Assembly (NCBI RefSeq): GCF_902459465.1
Contig: NC_047062.1
Coordinates: 26,040,001-26,104,000 of the forward strand
Length of the DNA stretch: 64,000 nucleotides
Reading direction: 5' to 3'
DNA from: Asterias rubens
Lineage: Eukaryota
In this document: piece after piece, positions 35,841-46,928 of the stretch
Layout of the letters: each line of letters opens with the position of its first letter
Position numbering within the stretch: the first letter of the stretch is position 1
Notes under the pieces: model-generated
What the model was told of the DNA's origin: nothing
Database searches by the model: none
Seen by the model: the letters and a program-made list of their open reading frames with translations, nothing else
Made by a program: the position numbers and the translations under genes

Positions 35841-38732
35841 ATTGGAACAAGCATCTTATTCAACCCTTGGGATGCATCGGTCCCTGCACACAACAGTGGT
35901 TGAGGAGGAGATATTGAAGTTCCGTAGACTGTCTGAATCTTGGTGGGATGAGAATGGTGCATTCCAGGCATTACACAGCCTCAACGATATACGCATACCA
36001 CTCATTAGAGATGGTCTGGTCAGAAAAGGTCAAGGGTCAGGTCAAACTTTAGCCAGGCCACAACCACTCACTGACTCTGTCATCTTGGATGTTGGATGTG
36101 GAGGAGGAATTCTTTCAGAGGTGAGTTTTGTCGAGTAATATTTGGCACCCCCATACCCTCTCACACTCGGCTATATTTGCCATTGAGTTGATAATGTAGT
36201 CAATTGCAAGGGTTGTTTATATGGTGGTGCAAATGCATTAACCACATGATTGCTTATTGCAGGCTGGCATAGTGCACCTATCATTCCAAACCATATCGGA
36301 TGATATTAAATGGTCATACAGTAGGAGGGGTGACCGTAATGTGGAGATGCATTCACCACATGATTGCATATTGCTTGCTGGCATAGTCAATCAATCATTG
36401 TGAAAGCCTCTGTGACTGGCCCAGACTAGACTATGCTTGACACTTAATCCTCAATGACAGGCTTTGCTCTGAGGACAATTTACCTGTCATCTAGCATCCT
36501 TAAAAGTTTCCCATTATCAAGATGTAACTATTCAAAACTCTATTGACTAATATTTGCAGCCATTGGCCAGGTTAGGAGCAAGAGTGACTGGTATTGATGC
36601 TGCATTGGAGAACATTGAAGTGGCTCAACAACATGCTTCTCATGATCCTCTGTTACACAGAGGACTGAGGTATATGTGTATAACAGCAGAGGAACTATTA
36701 GAGACAGAGAGAGGTGTGTTTGATGCAGTTGTTGCGTCTGAGGTGCTGGAACATGTTAGTGATGTAGAGGGGCTGGTAGCGACGTGTTCACAGTTGACTA
36801 AGGTTTGTTCAGTTTTAAAATTACACAGTCACTCAAGGCACAGCAATTTTTTCTGGTTAAAGGTACTTCTATAAGGAAGATTTAAATTTGTATGGGACTT
36901 TGCAAATGACACCACATCAAAAGTATGGCATTTGCTGTGAGTGCTGTGGGTTATGTCGAGGACTGGTCACTGGGTGTGAGGGTAGAAGATTTGAACAAGT
37001 GTGGGAGGGTTGGCAACTGCATTAAGACCATAAGGGTTTTGCATTTTGCTATTGTATCACAACCATTGTAGTTTAACTCAATGCATTGCTTATTTAACAG
37101 CCTGGAGGTTCGATATTCTTCACCACTATTAACAAGACGTGGCTGTCCTATGCTTTAGCAGTAATTGGGGCTGAGGACATAGCGAGGGTTGTACCACATG
37201 GCACTCATGACTGGACTAAGTTTATCCCTCCAGATGATTTGCAGAGGTTTCTTGAAGCAAGTGAGTATATTCTTCTTATACCCTTTTACTATCCCTAAAC
37301 TCTCCTTACCACAAAATACCACAGGAGACTGTGGAGACTAACTAGTCCACAGTACACCAAGCCACAGGGTATCCCGTAATATCAGCTGTACAAATAGGAG
37401 AAACCTATGCATCCCCAGGCCTGGAATTTCATCTTTAAGTGGGCAAGGCCATGGCATTGAAATATCTTAAAAGTGTAAGGGAAACTTTTGATGGGACACT
37501 ACAGCCTACACCAGGGGCAACGTACAGAGGCCATGACCTCTGTGGTCTCCGTCTGGCACCAAGTGTATTTTGTGCCAGTCTGTCTGTACACAAAACAAAC
37601 CCTTGTACCTAGTGCTAGCCTGGATGGTATGGTACTTTGTGCCAGTCACTGTCTGTTGTACTCAGACACAAAACAAACCCTTGTACCTAGTGCTAGCCTG
37701 GATGGTATGGTACTTTGTGCCAGTCACTGTCTGTTGTACTCAGACACAAAACAAACCCTTGTACCTAGTGCTAGCCTGGATGGTATGGTACTTTGTGCCA
37801 GTCACTGTCTGTTGTACTCAGACACAAAACAAACCCTTGTACCTAGTGCTAGCCTGGATGGTATGGTACTTTGTGCCAGTCACTGTCTGTTGTACTCAGA
37901 CACAAAACAAACCCTTGTACCTAGTGCTAGCCTGGATGGTATGGTACTTTGTGCCAGTCACTGTCTGTTGTACTCAGACACAAAACAAACCCTTGTACCT
38001 AGTGCTAGCCTGGATGGTATGGTACTTTGTGCCAGTCACTGTCTGTTGTACTCAGACACAAAACAAACCCTTGTACCTAGTGCTAGCCTGGATGGTATGG
38101 TACTTTGTGCCAGTCACTGTCTGTTGTACTCAGACACAAAACAAACCCTTGTACCTAGTGCTAGTCTGGATGGTATGGTATTTTGTGCCAGTCACTGTCT
38201 GTTGTACTCGTACACAGAAGAAACCCATGCACCCAATGCTAGCCTGGATGGTATGGTACTTGTGCCAGTCACTGTCTGTTGTACTCGTACACAGAAGAAA
38301 CCCATGCACCCAATGCTAGCCTGGATGGTGTGGTATTTTGTGGTATGCTGTGGTACCTGTGTATAGAAGGGTTAGTTGAAAACTAAAACACTGATATTTA
38401 GAAGAGAAAATTCTTACACATCCTCTAGTTTCAGTTAACACGCCACATTTTGATGATTCCTCCACATTATATGGTTATGTTAGGTGCAAACAATGAAAAC
38501 CAGTTTCTTGTTTTGTCAGAGATTTCTTGACATTCCTATGGCACTTTATTTTGAATGTTTGTTTTTATCAACAGATGACTGTAACATGAGATTAGTGCAT
38601 GGGATGATTTTGAATCCAATCACAATGCGCTGGTCATGGGGGTCTCCCAAGGCATGTAACTATGCCATCCATGCTATCAAGAATGATAGATCACAAACGG
38701 ACTTTGATGAAATTGAGGAAACACAAAGTTGA
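35841..38732 (+). CDS. COQ3: Ubiquinone biosynthesis O-methyltransferase COQ3 (exons ~35841-36120, 36560-36802, 37101-37260, 38575-38732; N-terminal exon(s) and exact first acceptor unresolved)
   Basis: WWDENGAFQALHSLNDIRIPLIR, SAM motif ILDVGCGGGILSE|PLARLGARVTGID, FDAVVASEVLEHV, PGGSIFFTTINKT, GTHDWTKF, LNP...W.W...NY; GT-AG junctions with phases 0/0/1. Confidence 0.95.
37570..38340. repeat. 78-bp intronic minisatellite (~10 copies) in the last COQ3 intron
   Basis: tgtgccagtcactgtctgttgtactcagacacaaaacaaacccttgtacctagtgctagcctggatggtatggtactt repeated, with the last two copies diverged. Confidence 0.95.
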
Positions 38733-40907
38733 CTCCATGGGTCAGACTCTCCTGAGATGATTTAAGAATCCTCCAATGCGCCAACAGAGGGCAGTATTCC
38801 ACACCAAACCTTAACTTGCTGTACTTCACTAGCTCCAATCAACCCGAGGATCATCTTGAAGACAGTATACAACATGCAGAAAACCATGAATAATAAGTTT
38901 CCATCTTCTGATGTTCTCGACCTCGGCCAACCCTTGCAACAGGGTCTCTTCTGGAAGTCCAATTTGGTCTTCCCTTGCACTACCAGGAGGAGTACCGGGA
39001 GGAGTACCAGGAGGAGTACCAGGAGGAGTACCGGGACCTTGCTTTTGCTCAAACCATGGAATTCTTTATGTCCATCTGGAAGGCTTCATCTCTTGAGCAG
39101 TTTAAGGGACTCTAAGAAAAACTATAAATACAAATAAATATGAATAGTAAACTTGTGGGTACAACCATGAGTAAGATCTCTTTTGAAGGAGTGGTGGCTC
39201 TGAAAAGAGCTGGTTTGGTCTCGACGTTTCGAACAGTACACTCGTTTCGAACAGAACAGTCTTCAGGAGAAGCGACTCTATTAACTACCAGTCAAGAACT
39301 ATCGATCACCATCCAACCTGCCAACAGAGGGCAGTATTTAATTGGGTAGTGCTATCTACCACAGACAGTCCTAAAACCACAAGGCTGATGATAACAACTG
39401 ACTGTTAGCAGCTGTCTGCCTAACCAATCAATCAATTGTTAAATTAATAAGGCGCTAATCCAACAGTCATTGGTCATGGCGCTGTACAATAAGCTAAACA
39501 AAAACAGTTTCATTCTTCATAACTACTACAGAAGGCACACAAACTTCCAGCAGAGTTTTTAGTGCAGACAATATAAACAAGTACATTTTCCTACTTTAAT
39601 TAGCAACCAAATTTGCTTACCAGTGAATGGGTTTAAAGTCCAAGGCTTAGGCATAATAAAAGAAATTGTACATCAGCCCAACTGGTGTTTTACCATTGAA
39701 AAATAACAATCAAAACAAATTTTATATCAGACAAAAAGAGTGTAATAAATTTAATGTGAGTTTTGGGATGAAATAAAATGTAAAATATGTAGACCGTATT
39801 GAATGCGACTATATCATTCAAATAGCCTGTCCCACAACATGGCGCGGGGTGTGCGTGTGGGCGGTATGTGCATGCTTCATTGATATATGCATTTAGACAC
39901 ACCCATACAGTCTGCCCTAACATATGGCCACTTTCATAGCAACAAAGGAGTTATTTGATATTGTCTATTGTTTCTGTAACTGTATTGAGAAACAATAAAA
40001 TAGCATATATAGAATGTTTCCCAAGGTAAATTTGAGACATGTTTATTTCTTGCCCATTATAGTTATTTGATTTTTGCAATAATAATAATAGCAAAACTGT
40101 ACCTTGCACATAAATCAAGTGATAGAATGCCTTTTGTGTTCACAATAGGCACTAGGCTTATAACAGGATGAACAGGGAATGATGAAAAAATGAGTTTTTG
40201 ATGTGGGACAAAGACTCCGACTTGGAAAGCCACAGAGGGACGGACATTACCCCAAAACTGATATAACCAGGTCTTTTATACCAAGTTTATAATTTATTTT
40301 GCAATTATCATGTTACTGTGAGGTCAAAGATTATCCCAATTGATTCCAATTATTTTCATAACATGTCTTATGACAACATGCAGTTCCAAGCACAAGTTCG
40401 TCCCTCACGTCCGTCCATCACTTTAAAAACGGGCTCAAACATCTCAAATAAATCATTTGTTTGTACTTTTTCTCTCAAATCATATTATTTACAAATGTTT
40501 ATGTTAAAAATTATTTTCCAAGATAGACTTTATAAATGTTGTTGATTTTATAAATTAGTCTCATAATGTGTCGTCCCTCACTGGAAATCATTGTCCTTGC
40601 ATTTGTAAAGAGCCCCCTCCAGTTTCTTGAGTGTAACCGACTTTTAATTGTTGACAATTCATGAAGTGTTGCTATTTATTGTTCATAATTACTGAGAAAA
40701 TTTGATATAATTTTTCAAGTTTCAATATATATTTAAAAATGTAAAGAGTGGCATTGTTTGCCAACTCTTTTGTAGTCCGTCTCTTGCGCATAACAAACGT
40801 CCCCTGCTTAAAACCCTAAAGCAAATTTCACTAAATAATACATTGATAATGTGTATTAACACTGCAAGGAAACATTTAGGTTGAAATTAGTTTGAATCTG
40901 CGAGCAC

Positions 40908-40986
40908 CTAGACTTGTGGAGCAGTGATCTCGCGAGACCACTATCTCAGCGCGTGGGCCGATTTAACGACTTGTCCACAAGTCTAG
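40908..40986. mobile_element. Internally deleted relative of the 102-360 MITE
   Basis: ctagacttgtgga...cttgtccacaagtctag; flanks cgagcac / cgagcaa. Confidence 0.65.
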
Positions 40987-41138
40987 CGAGCAATAGGAAA
41001 GGGCATAGTGTCTACAGTTGTTTGTTTATTGATTTCTGTCCTTAATAACGAAGGGACGAAAATTACTGATTAACGCGCTCAACAGATTTCAGCACGAGAC
41101 TTCTTCTAATATTTCTCACGAGTGGAATTTCTCACAAG

Positions 41139-41148
41139 GGGATTTCCC
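41139..41148 (+). promoter_or_regulatory. NF-kappaB consensus site GGGATTTCCC upstream of ISG12 gene 4
   Basis: Perfect consensus ~95 bp before the ATG at 41242, preceded by atttctcacaa as in gene 5. Confidence 0.55.
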
Positions 41149-41241
41149 TTTTTAGATGCATAATAGCAGGTGTGCAGCGTGCTTTGTCATTGTGGTGTGA
41201 TCAGTTCTTTTCCTTCGTCCATGAGTTAATAAACGCAGGAC

Positions 41242-44200
41242 ATGATGGTGAAACTTGAAACGAAGGGCAAGCTCATTCTCATTTTACTCATCCTGAGCAT
41301 TACTAATACTAGTGCAAGAAGACGGGTAGGTCTAAAGAAACTTACTTTTGTTATGAATATGATCCATTTCAAGTAGCCCACCTTGTTGAGCTGTTAATGG
41401 CTCCGCTTTTAACATTGGTCTCATCACTGTCGCCGACAGTGATGACTGTTGCCGACAGTGATAATTTATAAGTATCATGTAATTTAGTTCTACCTGCTGT
41501 AGTTATATATGGTGGCCCTGAAGGGACATTAAACATATATATTTACGTGAATATTTACGTAAATATATGATGGATTTTGCCCTAAATCGGAAATATTCAC
41601 GTCAATATTCACGTCAATATTTGCGAATTCTGACCATACGCAAATATTTACGTAAATACGTCAATATTCACGTGAATATTTAAGATTGGGGCACAAATCG
41701 TGAATATTTACGTTAATATTTGCGAATTGGCCACAAACCGTGAATATTTACGTAAATATTTACATGAATATATTTTTGCGATTAAGGGCAAAATCCATAA
41801 ATATTTACGTAAATATTCACATAAATATATATGTTCAATGTCCCTTCAGGGCCACCAAAACAATTATATAGTGCCTTATGCATGGCCTCAAAATGCTTTA
41901 CAATAATATAAAAATCAGCAAACAATACAAAGATACAAATAGAAAACACTCATAAAATCGCATAATAGGCAGATAAGCAAAATACAACCAACAAAATAAA
42001 TAGGAGTTATTTAAAATGAGCCGATAAAACACAATAACAATTGTCATAAAAAAAGTCCCTCCGCTCTATGGCTGTAAAATTTACACTGCTAACATTCTAT
42101 AGACAAAATTCCTGACAAAATGTCTATGGAAATTTAAAATCCCAATAAGTAAATTTAGTTTCTTTTACTTTTTCAGGGGAGGCACAGGGAAGAAAGTGAT
42201 GGTATGTATATCCTAATGTATATGGACAAATATTAATTGTCTTGGGTAATGAATATTCATACATCACTTTAGATGAAATTATTGTTCGTTATTTATTATT
42301 AATTAATTAATTTATTGTTATTCTTAGGGAACTGTCTGGCTATATTCTACTGCCGCAGAGTAGATAATCGGAGGTTCGGGAGACTTCTCAGTTCTGAAAA
42401 GAACTGTCCTGCTTTTTAACTATTACCAGGATGGATTTTCTATACCATCCGCCCTGTTAAAAAGCAGGACAGTTCGTTTCAGAACTGGGAAGTCTCCCGA
42501 ACCTCCGATTATCTACTCCGCGGCAGTAGAATATAGCAAGACAGTTCCCTAAGAACAACTCTACCTGGCAAGTAGATACACACATGGTGTTACCGCAATC
42601 CAAGTACACATTGATACCTCACCATGCAATGCCTCAAATCCTATATAATTTATTGTTATTATTATCTATTTATATATATTATATACAGTCAAGTTAATAC
42701 TAATTGCGATAATCGTAACCCTCATACTCCATAAGGTCAAATAATATAATAATTTGGGGGGCTAATCATCCTTACTCGCAGCTAAGAGCTGAATTGCGAA
42801 GGACGCGGCTACAACGTGTTCGAGAAGCAGACATGCAAGGGCGCATTCAGCTGCCAGCCACATCAACCCATTATGACCACGGAGCACAGCCAAGATCGAA
42901 AGTGTTTGATTTTTTCCTGAGGGAGGAAAACCGGATAGTCTGGAAAACCCTCGTGGCACAGCAGAGAACTCACTGCAATTTCTAGTCACCAGACTTCCCA
43001 AATTTATACCCCTCCTTTTCAGGACACCATGTGACACATTCGGCCAATCACACAAACAAGCGGCGCAACCTGACCATTGTGCCTGTTACAAATCCGCATG
43101 CATATTAATGAGCATCATGCATATGTTACAGATGGGCTTTCTCTCCCCCTTATCCTGTTCCTTTTGTTATGACATATTTGTTGGTCTTTAAGAACATCTG
43201 TGGTATTTGGCAAAACAGGTCAGTCTGTTTCACAATGTGTATTGTTAGATGTTATGCAACGGTCATAATGTAACATTGTGTCCTTAATGTGTTGACACTC
43301 CAAACTTATTATTAAGGTGCAGTGGACACAATGTTTAGTATAATTGCCCACTGCATTGTGTGATGTTTCTAGCCTATAAAATACTGGGTATGCCTCTTGC
43401 TGGGTTACACTCATCACTCCGCCACCACTGAGTCAGCCAGGGGCTCTGCCCAACTCATACATTGATGGGTGTCACCGCTTCAACCATCGGCCACACCATT
43501 GTCCAGTATTGGTGTTTCAGCCATATTCCAGTTACAGAGACAGTCAGTCACAACTGTGCTCTTTCTCCTTCAAGTTGATGGCTTGAACCAACCGGTTCTT
43601 GCACAGAGACAGTCAGCCAAAACTGTGCTCTTTCTCCTTCAAGTTGATGGCTTGAACCACCCGGTTCTTGCGCTCCGATGGCCTAAAACCCACGCCCGGT
43701 TTTGAGGCTCTTCCTAGATGGCCTAAAACCCACGCCCGGTTTTGAGGCTCTTCCTAGATGGCCTAAACCCATGCCAGGTTTGAGGCTCTCCCTAGATGTA
43801 CCAATCTAGTGCCAGACGTCAGTTTAGAAGAGGCACCGTGTAACCAGCACATCGAACCCAGTCATCAAACTTCCGGTAGCTATAATCTTAGGGTCTCTCA
43901 TTTGAATTGTATTAAATCTGCCATGTGCATTATTAATGGTTCTATTGCTTTAAATATTGTTGTTTGAGTAAATTAAATTATCATCGTGAATATAATCGCT
44001 GGTTAGGTTTCACTCTTTCTTGTCAAATGTCTCTGTCGTGCCTTAGTTCCTTTTTGACATTGTAATGAATTAGGCGCACGTAACACATACAACAGCGGTT
44101 TGGTGTCTGCTGATTGGTCGAGATTTGCTATATACCGGGCGGTTAGAACTTGGCTAGAATCCTTTTTTTTTAAGTAAAAATTTCTGATTTTGGTAAATTT

Positions 44201-44695
44201 ACCTCTAGATCTAGTAAGTTTGCCTTTAAAAAGTTGTGTTATACCCACCCAATGGTATCAGAGGAAATGTGAAAACAGCAACCTCTTCAAAAACACTAAT
44301 CACACACAGTACATGTTAGTTGATTTCCAGTCTACCATGCCACCCTTAGGGAATTTAATAATATTGTGTTCTATATTCCAGGCTTCTCTTTAGGTGGTCT
44401 CCTAGCAATGGGTTTATTCGGAATAGGTGCTGTAGTCGCAGCTCCAGTTGTACTCGCAGGTGCAGGATTTACAGCGGGTGGAATAGCAGCAGGATCCATT
44501 GCATCAGGCATGATGTCTACTGCAGCAATTGCAAATGGTGGCGCTATTGCAGCAGGAAGTACAGTGGCTGTTCTGCAGTCAGTTGGAGCTGCAGGGTTAG
44601 GAGCTGCAGGTGCTGCTGCAGTTGGTAGTGCTGGTGCAGCAGTAGGGGCTGCTGCTGTTGCTGCAATCAACCAAGATGAGGATGAGGATGAATGA
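41242..44695 (+). CDS. IFI27-like: ISG12/IFI27-family protein 4 (exons 41242-41325, 42177-42201, 44382-44695; ~140 aa)
   Basis: MMVKLETKGKLILILLILSITNTSARRR|GRHREESD|GFSLGGLLAMG...ISG12 motif...NQDEDEDE*; canonical splice sites with phases 0/1. Confidence 0.85.
41511..41856. mobile_element. Foldback element with ~12-bp internal subrepeats in intron 1 of ISG12 gene 4
   Basis: TIR ggtggccctgaagggacatt / aatgtcccttcagggccacc; interior made of atatttacgtga/aatattcacgt repeats. Confidence 0.75.
42317..42559. repeat. Long inverted repeat (~110-bp arms) in intron 2 of ISG12 gene 4
   Basis: cttagggaactgtc..gctatattctactgccgc..gagtagataatcggaggttcgggagacttc and its near-perfect reverse complement. 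Confidence 0.8.
43124..44085. mobile_element. Solo LTR (962 bp, 4-bp TSD; Gypsy-type inferred) in intron 2 of ISG12 gene 4
   Basis: TGTTAC...GTAACA termini with a cata direct repeat (43120-43123, 44086-44089); internal ~72-bp x2 and ~41-bp x3 tandem repeats. Confidence 0.75.
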
Positions 44696-46850
44696 TTCGG
44701 ATTAAATGAAAGCAAACTGTGTTTGTTTTTACTTAAGTAAGAATTTCTAGTAGATTTAAGGAACTTTCATTTTCAGTACAGTAGACTTTTGGCCAATGAA
44801 TCAATGCTTAGCTTTCGCAGCATAAACTTTTAAAAGAGAAAGTGTAAAGAAAAGCTTATTAAATTTGATTAAAGCCCATGGGCAACATTGTTAACTACCA
44901 ATGACCAGTATCGGCATTTAATTTTAATGTGACCCAAGTCACAAAACATAGTTACATTGAATAACTAATCATTATTTTATTAGCCATAGAGTTAACCCTA
45001 ACCAAGTTACATTTCACTCAAACAGCAGATTTTACTCCCCGTTTCAACTAATGTTGAATTGCTTATAAATGAAATATGCTGCACCTGACTAATAGATTGC
45101 TTTAGTTTGATTAATTTCATAATCTGAACTTAGAAGATTTCTAAAATCTTCACATGTGATCTGATTTATAAGGATGACTGTGAATTTTTAATGCATTTGT
45201 TTCAGACTTTGTGTTTGGCATTTGTGGTTTGTCTCTTTCAATGATTCTGTGCTAGATTTCAGTATAAACTTAAAGGAAAGGTAAACGTTTGGGAATCACT
45301 CGTTTGGCAATTTAATTATTGGCAATAAAAACTGTTGGTTAAAAGCCTACAGGGGTTTACGGTTAGTATAAAGCATTCTGAGAGACATTTCACTTCTAAG
45401 ATGTGGTTAATAAAATTTATCAGTTTTTAATCTCAAAAATAAAAATCTGAGAAGCGTTATTGCAGTAACACTCCTCAGTTTGGGTGAAGCGTTATTGCAA
45501 TAAGACTCCTCAGTTTGGGTGTTATTGTTTGGGATTATTCTTCCCGATTTAGATTTTCGGCGATATCTTGTACATTTTGAGCTTTGGTTTTTCCTTTAAG
45601 AATGACAAAGATCTACCTGGGTGTTATATAAAACAAAAAAATACGTCTTTTGTATTCTTACAATGGAGAGAATATTTAATTCGATGAAAGGTGGAATGTT
45701 CCATTCAACTCGACTTCACCTCATTGGTTTGAACATTCCATCATTCAATAACTTAATTCTCATCATTGCACGAATGCAAACAATCGTTATTTGTTAAAGT
45801 GAACACTTTAGATAATGCGTAATAAAAAGAAATCAAAATATAGTGGCTGCTTATAGATTTATGAAATACTGGAACACTTCAATAAAAATAGACGTAAATT
45901 GTTTCTCAACTAAAACTTGCATCCGAGTTTATTTTGTGTTCCCGATGAGTCCGTACCGTGGTGTGAAGTTACATCGCATTTGATTTGACAAAAGTTTTGA
46001 TGTTTCACTGTTTTCTCCTTTCCGACGAATGTTCAACCAATCATAGCGAAGTTGATACACAGTGAAGAATAATTATAGCGGGAAATCCCCACCTACCCCA
46101 GTTATTTAGGTAACGAATTAGGGCATCTCTACGTGCTGCGATGTTTATTGGAAGTGTGTCTAGGACTCTGCGTTGTGGTGTAGATTCCAATTGATACAAA
46201 TACATGTTAACTTTTAACCCCTGTATATTGCCCCATCAACAGTCCAGTAGCTTAAATATTGGACCTTAGAACAACCTCCCTGATTGATTATTGACTACTC
46301 ACTGTACCAAGGCCAAGGTGTATGCCTTGCCCTTGACCCAAGTGCATTACCTTGTCCTTCCTACCACATGTCATCACCTGGGTTAAAAGCCCATGGACAT
46401 TCTTCTGGTCTTAGGTTTATGATGGCTCTTAAATTGGAAAGCCTGACCCAAAATACTTATTAGTTTCTTCCCTCACTCTATTTCCAACCACCAAACGAGA
46501 CACATGTCTCTGTGCTTCCACTAGTGTATACTATTGCTTACTAAAATTATTCCATTGCTTAATAAAGCCTATCGTAAGATCAGTATGTGTGTGATTCCAT
46601 ATTATTCCGTCAACAACTAACTCCCAAAGTGGGTTAGTATTTTGAAAAACATATTTTCCAACGAGTCTTTAGCAACTAAGCAATCACTGCAAGTATAATA
46701 GGCTTTGCTCTATAAATAACAACTTCAAAGAAAACCTGTGGATTATTAGTAGCTACTGTCAATTTATATATCATCATATTCTCTTTATTTCAACCCTGAA
46801 ACTATTATACGCAAAGCCCCTTTAAGTTTAAAGTCATTATTTCTCACAAC

Positions 46851-46861
46851 GGGGAACTCCC
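46851..46861 (-). promoter_or_regulatory. NF-kappaB consensus site (GGGAGTTCCC on minus) upstream of ISG12 gene 5
   Basis: atttctcacaacggggaactccc ~70 bp before the ATG at 46929, positionally matching the gene 4 site. Confidence 0.5.
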
Positions 46862-46928
46862 GCCAGTGTTTTTTTTTTTTACTATGCGCAGGCGCAGATC
46901 GCTGGAGGTGTACGCAGTGGACGTTAAA

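Noticed and set aside
37488-38366. 292-aa and 249-aa repetitive ORFs
   Set aside because: They arise from a 78-bp (multiple of 3) minisatellite inside a COQ3 intron.
38762-39137. ORFs around the 12-bp ccaggaggagta repeat downstream of COQ3
   Set aside because: Low-complexity repeat; the PPGT frame has a stop just upstream and I could not build a consistent gene model.
44371-44715. Antisense Ala/Pro-rich ORF over ISG12 gene 4
   Set aside because: Mirror of the Ala/Gly-rich sense exon.
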